64,000 nt of DNA from Longimicrobiales bacterium. GTDB lineage: Bacteria > Gemmatimonadota > Gemmatimonadetes > Longimicrobiales > Gaopeijiaceae. The notes below the pieces were generated by a model that saw only the letters and a list, made by a program, of their open reading frames with translations, had not been told where the DNA came from and did not search any database. Made by a program: the position numbers and the translations under genes. Below are positions 20,773-30,051 of the stretch, in pieces; the stretch's first letter is position 1; each line of letters begins with the position of its first letter. The stretch spans positions 512,001 to 576,000 of the forward strand of contig CBDFMQ010000002.1 in NCBI GenBank assembly GCA_965249725.1, written 5' to 3'.

Positions 20773-21349
20773 GCTCCGGATCGATCCGATCGCGATCGAC
20801 GTGGGATCGCTGCTACAGCGCACGATCGCGTCTCTGTATTCCCACCTGGTTACAAGACAAACAGGAAGAGCGGTCCGGATGGCTATCGAGGCCCAGTTGG
20901 CCGAGAGCAGCCGGACCTCCCTGTCCTTGATCGACCTGTCCGAGGTCACGGTGATCGACTTCTCGTGCGCGGACGAAGTGGTCGCCAAGCTCATCCTCCG
21001 GTTTCTCGAGGATGACCGGCCGGGCGATGCCCTTTTCGTGTTCAGGGGTGTCGGCCAGGTCCACCGGGAGCCGATCGAGACCGTGCTCCGGCGACAGTCG
21101 CTGGCCGCCGTCTCGGAGGAGGGTGGCCGCTACGAGCTGCTGGGGACCCGGACCCAGGACGAGGAACACGCGTGGTCGGTCCTGGAGGACCGCGGCCGCA
21201 TCGAGCCCTCAGAAGTGGAAGATGTGTTCCCCGGCGCCAACCACCGCGAAGCTCTTGGCGAACTGGTCCTCAGGCGGGTCGCCTTCGCGGCTCCGGGCGA
21301 CGGCGGGTTTCACGCTCTAAGCACGCTGCTGGGTGGCCTGAGCGGCTGA
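20762..21349 (+). CDS. STAS-like (DUF4325-type) protein with possible C-terminal winged helix
   Basis: LVTRQTGRAVR...IDLSEVTVIDFSCADEVV resembles a STAS core; overlaps the upstream gene by 11 nt. Confidence 0.6.
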   Translation: MRHELRIDPIAIDVGSLLQRTIASLYSHLVTRQTGRAVRMAIEAQLAESSRTSLSLIDLSEVTVIDFSCADEVVAKLILRFLEDDRPGDALFVFRGVGQVHREPIETVLRRQSLAAVSEEGGRYELLGTRTQDEEHAWSVLEDRGRIEPSEVEDVFPGANHREALGELVLRRVAFAAPGDGGFHALSTLLGGLSG

Positions 21350-21389
21350 ATCGAGAGAATCGCCGAAGCCGGACCCGGTTTCGTTCTCC

Positions 21390-23018
21390 CTACTCGGCAT
21401 CCATGAACGGATAGCGGTAGTCGGTATCCGCCACGAACGTCTCCTTGATGCTCTGCGCCGAGGTCCAGCGCAGGAGGTTCAGGACCGAGCCGGCCTTGTC
21501 GTTCGTCCCGCTGGCCCGGGCTCCACCGAACGGCTGCTGGCCCACGACAGCACCGGTCGGCTTGTCGTTCAAGTAGAAGTTGCCCGCCGTGAACTTGAGC
21601 GTGTCACAGGCCTGCCGAAGCGCCGCGCGATCCTGGCTGAAGACGGCCCCCGTGAGGGCATAAGGCGATGTGGATTCCACGAGTGAGAGCATCTCGGTCC
21701 ACTCGGCGTCCGGATAGACATAGATGGTCATCACCGGCCCGAAGATCTCGTCACACATCGACTCGTAGTCCGGCTTGTGCGACAAGATGATGGTCGGCCG
21801 GATGAAGTAGCCCTCCGAACCATCGTAGTCCCCACCGGCGATGATGTCCGCGTCGGCACTGGCCGCCGCCCGATCGATGTAACCGGTAATGTCGTCGAAG
21901 GCCTGCTTGTGGATCACCGCGCACATGAAGTTCCGGAAGTCCGTGGGTTCACCCAAGGTGAGGGAGTTGGTCTCCTCGATGAGCGGGTCCTTGAGATGCT
22001 TCCAGATGCTCTCCGGAATGTATGCGCGCGACGCGGCGCTGCACTTCTGACCTTGATATTCGAACGAGCCGCGAACGATGGCTGTCTTCAGCGCGGCGAC
22101 ATTCGCGCTGGGATGGGCCACGATGTAGTCCTTGCCGCCAGTCTCCCCGACGAGCCGGGGGTAGGATCGGTAGTTCGCAATACGCTCGCCCACCGTCTTC
22201 CACAGGCCCTGGAACACTCCGGTAGAACCCGTGAAGTGAGCTCCGGCGAAGTCCGGGCTGCTCAGGACGAGCTCCGTCATCTCGGACGGGGGACCCGGGA
22301 CGAAGTTGATGACTCCCGGGGGAAGTCCCGCTTCTTCGAACAGCCGCATCACATAGTAGCTGCTGACCAGCGCAGTACTCGACGGCTTCCACAGGACGGT
22401 GTTGCCCATCATGGCCGGGGTGGACGACAGGTTGCCGCCGATAGCCGTGAAGTTGAACGGTGAGATGGCGTAGATGAACCCTTCCAGCGGGCGGTAGTCC
22501 GTGCGGTTCCACATGCCCTCACTGGAGATGGGCTGTCGGTCGTAGATGCTCTCAGCGAAGTGGACGTTGAACCGAAGGAAGTCGACGAGCTCACAGGCGG
22601 CGTCCACCTCGGCCTGATGGACCGTCTTGCTCTGGTCGAGCATGGTGGCCGCGTTCAGTGTGTCCCGCCACGTGGTGGCGAGCAGCTCGGCCGCCGTCAG
22701 GAAAATGGATGCGCGGTCCTCCCATCTGGTGGCCGCCCACTCGTGTTGAGCATCCGTACACGACTTGATCGCCTGCTTGATTTCATCCGTGCCGGCCCGA
22801 TGGCAGGTCCCCAGCACATGCGAATGCCGGTGTGGCATGACGGCGTCCGTCGTGGTCCCGGTTCGGATCTCCTGTCCGCCGATGATCAGGGGAATCTCGA
22901 CCTGTTCGGCCGCCATGGTGGCGAGCCTGGCCTTGATGGAATCGCGCTCCGGCGTGCCGGGCGCATAGCTACGGACGGGATCGTTCGTGGGGTGGGGTAC
23001 GCGGTATCTGCCGTTCAT
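21390..23018 (-). CDS. pruA: L-glutamate gamma-semialdehyde (P5C) dehydrogenase
   Basis: ISPFNFTAIGGNL, FTGST, GETGGKD, GQKCSA and NDKPTGAVVGQQPFGGARASGTNDKAG motifs. Confidence 0.96.
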   Translation of the reverse strand: MNGRYRVPHPTNDPVRSYAPGTPERDSIKARLATMAAEQVEIPLIIGGQEIRTGTTTDAVMPHRHSHVLGTCHRAGTDEIKQAIKSCTDAQHEWAATRWEDRASIFLTAAELLATTWRDTLNAATMLDQSKTVHQAEVDAACELVDFLRFNVHFAESIYDRQPISSEGMWNRTDYRPLEGFIYAISPFNFTAIGGNLSSTPAMMGNTVLWKPSSTALVSSYYVMRLFEEAGLPPGVINFVPGPPSEMTELVLSSPDFAGAHFTGSTGVFQGLWKTVGERIANYRSYPRLVGETGGKDYIVAHPSANVAALKTAIVRGSFEYQGQKCSAASRAYIPESIWKHLKDPLIEETNSLTLGEPTDFRNFMCAVIHKQAFDDITGYIDRAAASADADIIAGGDYDGSEGYFIRPTIILSHKPDYESMCDEIFGPVMTIYVYPDAEWTEMLSLVESTSPYALTGAVFSQDRAALRQACDTLKFTAGNFYLNDKPTGAVVGQQPFGGARASGTNDKAGSVLNLLRWTSAQSIKETFVADTDYRYPFMDAE

Positions 23019-23094
23019 AGATCTAGGCTCTCTGGGGCGGGTCGTTGTTCTTCGGAATCAGCTTGGGTTACTGCGCGGGCCGGCTCGGCGACCC

Positions 23095-23159
23095 AAAAAA
23101 AACGGGGACCGCTCGCTGTTCACCGTTTTGCGGCTGGGCGAGCCAGCCCGAGCTCCCCC
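23095..23159 (-). terminator. Structured element ending in T8 (terminator or attenuator) between wzc and pruA
   Basis: Minus strand GGGGAGCTCG...CGAGCGGTCCCC encloses a GGCTGG/CCAGCC hairpin and is followed by G and T8. Confidence 0.5.
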
Positions 23160-23304
23160 TGGAAACTCTAGCGGAATGTCGGGTGTGGGAGCGCCCTTCG
23201 CAAGCGCCTGAGAGCGAGGTTGCCAGCAGGATGAAAGAAGGGACCTGATGAGCCCGGAAGTCGCGGCTCGGAAGAGGGGAGGCGGTGGTAAAAGCGGGGA
23301 GCTT

Positions 23305-25695
23305 CTACCAGATCTTCGCCTTCTGGAGTCCCTTCGCCAGCTTCTTCAGACCGCCTTGTTCGCGCGGGTGATAGCTGTAGTAGTACTGCATGTAGTAGCT
23401 CTCCTCCACGGTGGTGGAGGCCACTTCGTTGAGTACCGCTCCGAAGACCCGCACTCCCACGCGTCGCAGCTGATCCACGGCACGCTCGGCAGCTCGCTGC
23501 TCCGTCTCTCCAGAGCGCATCACGAGGACGACACCGTCGGTGTGGGCACCCAGGATCGCCGAGTCGGTGACAGCCAGAATGGGCGGCGTATCCAGGATGA
23601 GGTGGCTGTACTTGCCCTCGCACTCCTCCAGGAGACGCTGCATGGTCTTGGAGTTGAGGAGTTCGGAAGGGTTGGGCGGGAAGGGTCCGCTGGGGAGCAG
23701 GTCGAGGTTCGGAAGCACGTTGGGGCGAATGGCCTCACGAATCTCCGCGTCCCCGATCAACAGGTTGGTCAGCCCTGGCTCGCGGAGCACGTCCATGGCC
23801 CGGTGAAGAGCGGGGCGCCGGAGATCGGCGTCGATGAGCAGTACCCGCTGGCCCTGCTGCGCCAGCATGACCGCGAAGTTGATCGAGGTGGTCGACTTGC
23901 CCTCGTTGGGACCCGGGCTCGAGAAGAGCAGGGTCCGAATCGGTTCCTCGTCCGTGCTCATGAACATCAAGTTCATGCGCAGGTTTCGGTACGCTTCGGC
24001 AGCCGGATCGAGAGGATCCAACGCCACCATCAGGGGCAGGGCCCCACGGCCGTCGTCCTCTTCCGAGTCGGGCATCAGCTTGCGGAGCCGCGGGATGATA
24101 CCGAGGACCGGTATGCTGAGCAGCGTCTCGACGTCGGCGCTCGTGCGTACTGTACGGTCCAGGTACTCGAGGAAGAACGCGGCTCCGACGCCGAGGATCA
24201 GCCCGAGCAGCGCGCCGAGAAACAGATTGGTCCGTCCACCGGTCGTGACCGGCATCACGCTGTCGGCGGAATCGACTACAGCGACGTAGGCCGAGGCTCC
24301 GGCGGCGGTGATTTCACCCTGGTACTGTTGAGACTTCAAGAAGCGTACGGTTTCCTGGTCGAGTCCCAACTGGATGTTCAGCTCGCCGAGCTGATTCTCG
24401 AGCTCGGGGAAGTTCGCCTGATCGGCCTGGATCTCGTCGAGTTCGACCTGTTGGTCGGCGATCTGGGCTGCGAGGACGCCGAGGTTCTCCTGTACGGCGG
24501 TGCGCAGTTCCGCTTCCTTCGCCTGAAGCTGCGATCGCACGGCTCTCACCTGCGGGTGGTCCTCGGTCTTCCTCTCCTCGGTCAGGAGCGTTTGGACTTG
24601 GTCCTTGCGGTCCTGTACCTCATCGGCGAGCCCGCGAATCTGTGGGTTCACACCTGCGGGCAGGACCGCCATGAAGGCCACCAGGTCCACACCCTCGATG
24701 CCCGTTCTCTCCAAGCCCACCGTGATCCCATGCAGCGCGTCCTCTTGGTCCAACAGTGCCTGCATGCGGTCCTCGGTGCTCTCGTAACGGTTGAGGAGCT
24801 GCTGCTCCTGAATCGTCAGGCTCGTGAACTGAGCACTCTCCTTGAAGCTCCGAATCGCCCGAGACGAACCCTGGAGCTGTGAAAGGGCGCTGTCGAGGCG
24901 CTGCTCGATGAACTGTAGGTCGCGCTCGGCCTGCACACGAACGCGGTCCTCACCGAATCCCTGCAGAGCCAAGGTGGCACTGTTCAGGATCTGAGGGGCC
25001 AGGATCGGGTCCGGACTGCGATAGCTCACCTGAATGATGTTGGTCGACTCGAGGGCTGCCGCCGCCAGTCGCCCCTGGACTTCGCCCTGGACCTCGGGCA
25101 CGGGATGAATCACGAGCCTGTATTGACGTGACTCTTCAGGGGGCAGCTGCAGTCTGAGCCGCAGCCAGCCGGCGTCGAGAAGCATACCCACCGGCCCTTC
25201 CAGGACCAGGTTGCCCGTGCCGTCGAAGATCTGCGCCGCCGTACCGGCCTCGTCGTAGACCAGGTCCAGTACGCCGTCGCGAGCAGCCGGGTCGATCCAG
25301 GCCTCCACGAAGAGGTCGGAGCGAACCAGGTCCGGATTCTCGGGGCGCAGCCGCATCCCCAGTCTGGTCACGACGTTCCGCGCCACCTGGACGGAGGCCA
25401 AGACCTGAATCTCGGACTCGATGGGGTCTACGAAAATGTTCATCCCCGACACTCGGGTCGGGACCGTGAGCTGCCGGGTTACCTCGAGCGGGTCATTGAT
25501 CTGGAGGGATACACCCGTCTCGTAAATCGTCCGCTGCTTCGAGACCGCCCAAATAGCCGAGGCGGTCGTGACACCGAAGATGAGGAGCACGAGCCATAAG
25601 CGACGGGTGATGACGTGCCAGTAGTCCGAGATGTGGGGTGAAGCACCCGACAGTTCAGACTCGAGGGGGCCTAGTGACGTCGTCTCTTCTTGCAT
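23305..25695 (-). CDS. Wzc-like polysaccharide co-polymerase / BY tyrosine autokinase
   Basis: Two TMs flanking a coiled periplasmic domain, AEAYRNLR, GPNEGKST, LIDADLRRP, ILDTPP and a C-terminal Tyr cluster YYMQYYYSY. Confidence 0.92.
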   Translation of the reverse strand: MQEETTSLGPLESELSGASPHISDYWHVITRRLWLVLLIFGVTTASAIWAVSKQRTIYETGVSLQINDPLEVTRQLTVPTRVSGMNIFVDPIESEIQVLASVQVARNVVTRLGMRLRPENPDLVRSDLFVEAWIDPAARDGVLDLVYDEAGTAAQIFDGTGNLVLEGPVGMLLDAGWLRLRLQLPPEESRQYRLVIHPVPEVQGEVQGRLAAAALESTNIIQVSYRSPDPILAPQILNSATLALQGFGEDRVRVQAERDLQFIEQRLDSALSQLQGSSRAIRSFKESAQFTSLTIQEQQLLNRYESTEDRMQALLDQEDALHGITVGLERTGIEGVDLVAFMAVLPAGVNPQIRGLADEVQDRKDQVQTLLTEERKTEDHPQVRAVRSQLQAKEAELRTAVQENLGVLAAQIADQQVELDEIQADQANFPELENQLGELNIQLGLDQETVRFLKSQQYQGEITAAGASAYVAVVDSADSVMPVTTGGRTNLFLGALLGLILGVGAAFFLEYLDRTVRTSADVETLLSIPVLGIIPRLRKLMPDSEEDDGRGALPLMVALDPLDPAAEAYRNLRMNLMFMSTDEEPIRTLLFSSPGPNEGKSTTSINFAVMLAQQGQRVLLIDADLRRPALHRAMDVLREPGLTNLLIGDAEIREAIRPNVLPNLDLLPSGPFPPNPSELLNSKTMQRLLEECEGKYSHLILDTPPILAVTDSAILGAHTDGVVLVMRSGETEQRAAERAVDQLRRVGVRVFGAVLNEVASTTVEESYYMQYYYSYHPREQGGLKKLAKGLQKAKIW

Positions 25696-25820
25696 GGAGC
25701 CTCGTTGCTCTTATTCCAACAGTTCTACCTGGGGACTCGCCCGGTTGGAAACATATGTTTTCGAAATGTTCGTTCCCAGCCCGATTCACGCAAGCTTGTT
25801 GCAATATAACAACCGTCATG

Positions 25821-25850
25821 TTGACTGATGCAATGAAATATTCGTAGCTT
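25821..25850 (+). promoter_or_regulatory. Candidate sigma70 promoter
   Basis: TTGACT-N18-TAGCTT within an AT-rich intergenic region. Confidence 0.6.
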
Positions 25851-25855
25851 TTCTC

Positions 25856-25965
25856 GGTTCCGGCAGGAGTGGAGCGGGCGCGGCCTGGTCGAACACAGGC
25901 TGAGCCTGCCACGGCCCAGGATCCGTGCAGGCGTCTCGGAGATTCCGGAGACGCCACTTTTTTTT
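25856..25965 (+). ncRNA. Candidate small RNA or cis-attenuator (unassigned family)
   Basis: Bounded by the promoter above and a strong terminator; contains several GC-rich, partly mutually exclusive stems. Confidence 0.4.
25930..25965 (+). terminator. Intrinsic terminator
   Basis: GGCGTCTC-GGA...TCC(G)-GAGACGCC followed by AC and T8. Confidence 0.8.
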
Positions 25966-26025
25966 GTTCATAGCGCCACCGAAGCCAATGGCGGGCGGCG
26001 TATGGCGTAGGCTTTGGGAGCGGAA

Positions 26026-27132
26026 ATGAGCGAAGACAGCGTGCGGAAAGCCGTACTGAAGGCTCTGGCCGCGATACGGCATCCCGTAACCGGCCGGGAC
26101 ATCATCGAGAGTGGCCACGTGCAGTCGGTGGAGGTCGGAGACGATGGCGACGTGCGCTTCTCGTTCGCCCTTCACGGAGACGATCCGGGAGATCTCGTCA
26201 AAGAGGCGAGAGGGGCCGTCGAGGGCTTGGCGGACGTGACCAGCGTCAAGATCAACGTGCAGCTGCCGCAATCGGGCGGGGCGGCCCCTGGGGCCGGACC
26301 TCAGGGCGGGGGTCTTCAACCGGGGTCCGTGCCTGCGCCGACGCCGCAGTCGGGACTTCTCACAGAGGTCTCTCACGTTGTAGCTGTGAGTTCTGGTAAG
26401 GGTGGAGTGGGCAAGTCGATGGTAGCCAGCAACTTGGCCGCAGCCCTCGCTGTCGCCGGAAAGACCGTCGGACTCCTCGACGCGGACATCTACGGACCCA
26501 ACATCCCGCTCATGTTCGGTGAGGACCGTCGTCCGCCCGTAACAGGTGACAAGGGCCGTGAGATGATCGAGCCGCTCGAGGCGCATGGCGTGAAGCTCAT
26601 GAGCCTCGGCTTCCTGTTGGAGAAGGAGCAGCCCGCCATCATGCGGGGTCCGCTCATCGCGGGGATTCTGAAGCAGTTTCTGGAGCAGGTGAGCTGGGGT
26701 CCGCTGGACGTGATGGTTGTGGACATGCCGCCCGGGACCGGCGACGCACAGCTCTCGTTGGTGCAGACCATCGACTTGGACGGTGTGGTGATGGTGACCA
26801 CGCCTCAGGACGTCGCCACCGGTGATGTACGACGGGGCATCAAGATGTTCGAGCGTGTGAACACGCGAATCTTGGGCATCGTCGAGAACATGGTCGGACT
26901 CTCCTGCCCGCACTGCGGCGAGGAGATCGACGTTTTCGGCAGCGGTGGCGGCGAGCGGCTCGCGGCGGACATGAATTTGCCGGTCCTGGGCAGTGTGCCA
27001 CTGGATCCGGCGGTGCGGGAGGCCGGGGATGCGGGTGCGCCGACGGTGGTGTCCGCCCCAGACTCGGCGGCTGGGCAGGCGCTCAAGGCGATCTCGGAGG
27101 TCGTCCTGGAGGCGCTGGGGGCCGCTGGGTAG
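26026..27132 (+). CDS. mrp: Mrp/ApbC/NBP35 Fe-S cluster carrier ATPase
   Basis: N-terminal DUF59-like domain, SGKGGVGKS, DADIYGP, DMPPGTGD and CPHC. Confidence 0.94.
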   Translation: MSEDSVRKAVLKALAAIRHPVTGRDIIESGHVQSVEVGDDGDVRFSFALHGDDPGDLVKEARGAVEGLADVTSVKINVQLPQSGGAAPGAGPQGGGLQPGSVPAPTPQSGLLTEVSHVVAVSSGKGGVGKSMVASNLAAALAVAGKTVGLLDADIYGPNIPLMFGEDRRPPVTGDKGREMIEPLEAHGVKLMSLGFLLEKEQPAIMRGPLIAGILKQFLEQVSWGPLDVMVVDMPPGTGDAQLSLVQTIDLDGVVMVTTPQDVATGDVRRGIKMFERVNTRILGIVENMVGLSCPHCGEEIDVFGSGGGERLAADMNLPVLGSVPLDPAVREAGDAGAPTVVSAPDSAAGQALKAISEVVLEALGAAG

Positions 27133-27224
27133 AGCCCGAGCGAGGTCGGGGACGGGCAAATCGATATTGCCTCTGCGCGTAGTCTGCTTGTGGCCCCGCC
27201 CGCATTGAGCGCATCTTGTGCGCC

Positions 27225-29918
27225 ATGACAGACCCCGCCTCCCCGAATCCTGCTGTCCCGCGTCTGAACGCCGCCCTCGAAGGCCGTTACTCGATCACGA
27301 GTGAGCTCGGCGAGGGTGGCATGGCCACCGTCTATCTGGCCGAGGATCACAAGCACAACCGCAAGGTCGCCCTCAAGGTGTTGAAGCCCGAACTGGCGGC
27401 CGTGGTGGGGGCCGAGCGTTTCCTGACCGAGATTCAGGTCACGGCGAACCTGCAGCACCCCCACATCCTTCCGCTGCATGATTCCGGCGAGGCGGATTCG
27501 TTCCTCTTCTATGTGATGCCCTATGTGGAGGGCGAGTCGCTCCGGGATCGCCTGAACCGCGAGCAGCAGTTGCATGTGGATGAGGCGGTCAAGATCGCTA
27601 CAGATCTGGCCGAGGCCCTGGACTACGCACACCGCGCCGGCGTGGTCCACAGAGACATCAAGCCGGCCAACATCCTAATGCACGAGGGCCGCCCGCTCAT
27701 CGCGGACTTCGGCATCGCGCTGGCGGTTGGGGCGGCGGGGGGCACCCGGCTGACCGAGACCGGTCTGAGCGTCGGCACTCCGTACTACATGAGCCCGGAG
27801 CAGGCCACCGGAGACCAGGTGGTGGGGCCGGCCACGGACATCTACGCGCTTGGCTGCGTGCTCTACGAGATGCTGGTCGGTGAGCCGCCCTTCCCGGGGG
27901 CGACGGCCCAGGCGGTGCTGGGCAAGATCATCTCGGGCAAGGCCGTTGCTGCCGCCGAGCAGCGCCCGTCGATTCCGGCCAATGTGGATGCAGCGATCCG
28001 GTGTGCATTGGAGAAGCTGCCGGCGGATCGCTTCACGACGGCGCAGGAGTTCGCTGCGGCGCTCAAGGACGACCACTTCCGTCACGGAGAGCCCAAGGCC
28101 TCTGAGGCCGCGGCCCATCCAGGTCCGTGGAGGCGTGTCGCCGCTGGGCTAGGGACACTCGCGGTGTTCTCATCCGCTGTAGCTGCCTGGGCCGTGTTCA
28201 GCCCGGAGCCCCCGGGTGGCGTGTTGCGCTACTCGATGACCCTCCCGCTCGAGCGGGGGTCACAAAATGCCTTTGGATCGAACCTGGCGGTGTCGCCCGA
28301 CGGCGCGATGCTGGCGTATGTCGGGGCACCGGAGGGACCGGCGCAGCTCTGGATTCGTGATCGACATGATCTGGTACCGCGGATGCTGAGCGGCGGAGAG
28401 GGCGCGCACCAGCCGTTCTTTTCTCCGGACGGGGACCGGATCGCGTTCATTACGATCGGGCGGGCGTTGAGGATCGTGTCTCTTACGGGTGAGCCGCCGG
28501 TCACCTTGGCGGACAGCGGGATTGTCCGTGGAGGTGGCGCTTGGGGGAGCGACGGCAACATCTACTTAGTGTCCGGTGCCGTCGAGGGCGGTCGGGCCAC
28601 CCTCGACGGCCTCGCGCGTATGCCTGCGACCGGTGGTCCCATCACTGTGGTCAGCACTCTCGACACCGTAAGGGCAGAGCTCGGCCACTTCTTTCCCGAT
28701 GTACTGCCGGGTGCGCGTGGCGTGATCTTCACGGTGGGGCGAGAACAATCGTACGACACTGATTTTATGGACATCGCGGTGCTCGATCTGTCCACGGGTA
28801 CGCACCGAGTGCTTCTCGAAGGCATCTACGCGCGATGGGCGGCGAGCGGACACATCATCGTGGTCCGGGCCGATGGATCGGTGGTTGCGGCGCCCTTCGA
28901 CGAAAAGACGCTCGAGCTTACTGGACCGGCGACACCGCTCTTCGAAGGCGTTGGGGTAGAGGGACAGGGCTCGGTGGATCTGGACGTCTCGAAGACCGGG
29001 ACGATCATCTACGAGCCGGGTGAGGCCTTGGCCGAGTCGGGGTCCGATCGGATGGTCTGGGTGACACGAAGCGGTGGCATCGAGGATGTAGACCCGAGCT
29101 GGACAGGTGATTTTTCGTCACCAACACTCTCTCCGGACGGGACGCGCCTGGCACTGAACATCACTGTGGGCGCCGAGTCACAGGTCTGGGTCAAGCAGCT
29201 CGATCAGGGACCGCTCTCTAAGCTCACCTTCGAGGAGAGGCACCGTCGTCCCTCTTGGACTCCGGATGGCCAGACCGTGATCTTCTTGTCGAAGGAGAAC
29301 CGCGACAACGACGAGCTCTTTCAGAGGCGCGCGGATGGAAGCGTTCCGAGCGAGCTGGTGTTGTCACCGGAAGGACAAGTGAACTGGGCGGTCGTCTCGT
29401 CCGACGGACAGTGGTTGGTCTATCAGGAAGATGCGAATCTGTACGCCCGCATGCGGGGAGAAGACGACCAGCCCGTACCGCTCGTCGTGTCCGAGTTTAT
29501 CGACGCAGTGCCCGCACTCTCACCGAACGGACGCTGGATCGCTTATGTGTCGAACGAGTCGGGGCGATTCGAAGTCTATGTGCGCCCTTTCCCGAACACC
29601 GATCAAGGTAAGTGGTTGATATCCCCGAATGGTGGCGGCGAGCCGAGGTGGGCAAAGGACGGCAGCGAGCTCTTCTACCGGGACGCCGAACGCCAGCTGG
29701 TCGCGGTTGAGATTCTGACGGGCCCGACGTTCACCGCCGGAGAGCAGCGAACATTGTTCCCGACCGACCAGTTCCGCGGAGGAGTTACTCAGTATGACGT
29801 CAGCCCGGACGGTGATCGATTCTTGTTTGTTGCGCGGGGCGATACGGAGGCGATCCCAGGCCAGGTGATCGTCGTGGAGAACTTCTTCGAGGAGTTGCAG
29901 GAGCGGGTGAGTCGGTAG
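27225..29918 (+). CDS. Hanks-type Ser/Thr protein kinase with TM and TolB-like beta-propeller
   Basis: LGEGGMA, VALK, HRDIKPAN, DFG and GTPYYMSPEQ, followed by repeated SPDG/SPNG motifs. Confidence 0.93.
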   Translation: MTDPASPNPAVPRLNAALEGRYSITSELGEGGMATVYLAEDHKHNRKVALKVLKPELAAVVGAERFLTEIQVTANLQHPHILPLHDSGEADSFLFYVMPYVEGESLRDRLNREQQLHVDEAVKIATDLAEALDYAHRAGVVHRDIKPANILMHEGRPLIADFGIALAVGAAGGTRLTETGLSVGTPYYMSPEQATGDQVVGPATDIYALGCVLYEMLVGEPPFPGATAQAVLGKIISGKAVAAAEQRPSIPANVDAAIRCALEKLPADRFTTAQEFAAALKDDHFRHGEPKASEAAAHPGPWRRVAAGLGTLAVFSSAVAAWAVFSPEPPGGVLRYSMTLPLERGSQNAFGSNLAVSPDGAMLAYVGAPEGPAQLWIRDRHDLVPRMLSGGEGAHQPFFSPDGDRIAFITIGRALRIVSLTGEPPVTLADSGIVRGGGAWGSDGNIYLVSGAVEGGRATLDGLARMPATGGPITVVSTLDTVRAELGHFFPDVLPGARGVIFTVGREQSYDTDFMDIAVLDLSTGTHRVLLEGIYARWAASGHIIVVRADGSVVAAPFDEKTLELTGPATPLFEGVGVEGQGSVDLDVSKTGTIIYEPGEALAESGSDRMVWVTRSGGIEDVDPSWTGDFSSPTLSPDGTRLALNITVGAESQVWVKQLDQGPLSKLTFEERHRRPSWTPDGQTVIFLSKENRDNDELFQRRADGSVPSELVLSPEGQVNWAVVSSDGQWLVYQEDANLYARMRGEDDQPVPLVVSEFIDAVPALSPNGRWIAYVSNESGRFEVYVRPFPNTDQGKWLISPNGGGEPRWAKDGSELFYRDAERQLVAVEILTGPTFTAGEQRTLFPTDQFRGGVTQYDVSPDGDRFLFVARGDTEAIPGQVIVVENFFEELQERVSR

Positions 29919-29967
29919 AAGAGGTTCGCTCGGCTCGCAGGGTGCAGAATGGAGTTGCCGTGGACGA

Positions 29968-30006
29968 GAGAAGGGGCCGGCCTCCCACGGAGGCCGGCCC
30001 CTTCTC
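29968..30006. terminator. Bidirectional terminator hairpin between convergent genes
   Basis: Perfect 18-bp inverted repeat GAGAAGGGGCCGGCCTCC-cac-GGAGGCCGGCCCCTTCTC. Confidence 0.8.
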
Positions 30007-30051
30007 GTCTTTGTAGTGCTAGCGCGTGCGAAGCGCGCCGAGCAGAGCTGT

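Noticed and set aside
23160..23225. Glycine riboswitch (CTCTCAGG and GAAG words)
   Set aside because: The motifs are in the wrong order and there is no GGAGA-led aptamer.
25748..25772. LexA SOS box (AAAC-ATAT-GTTT)
   Set aside because: It only loosely matches GAAC-N4-GTTC and no similar site is seen upstream of recA. Kept only as a generic palindrome.
27225..29918. Ser/Thr kinase as a novel defence system
   Set aside because: Kinase plus TolB-like propeller proteins are a common expanded family and there are no defence-type neighbours.
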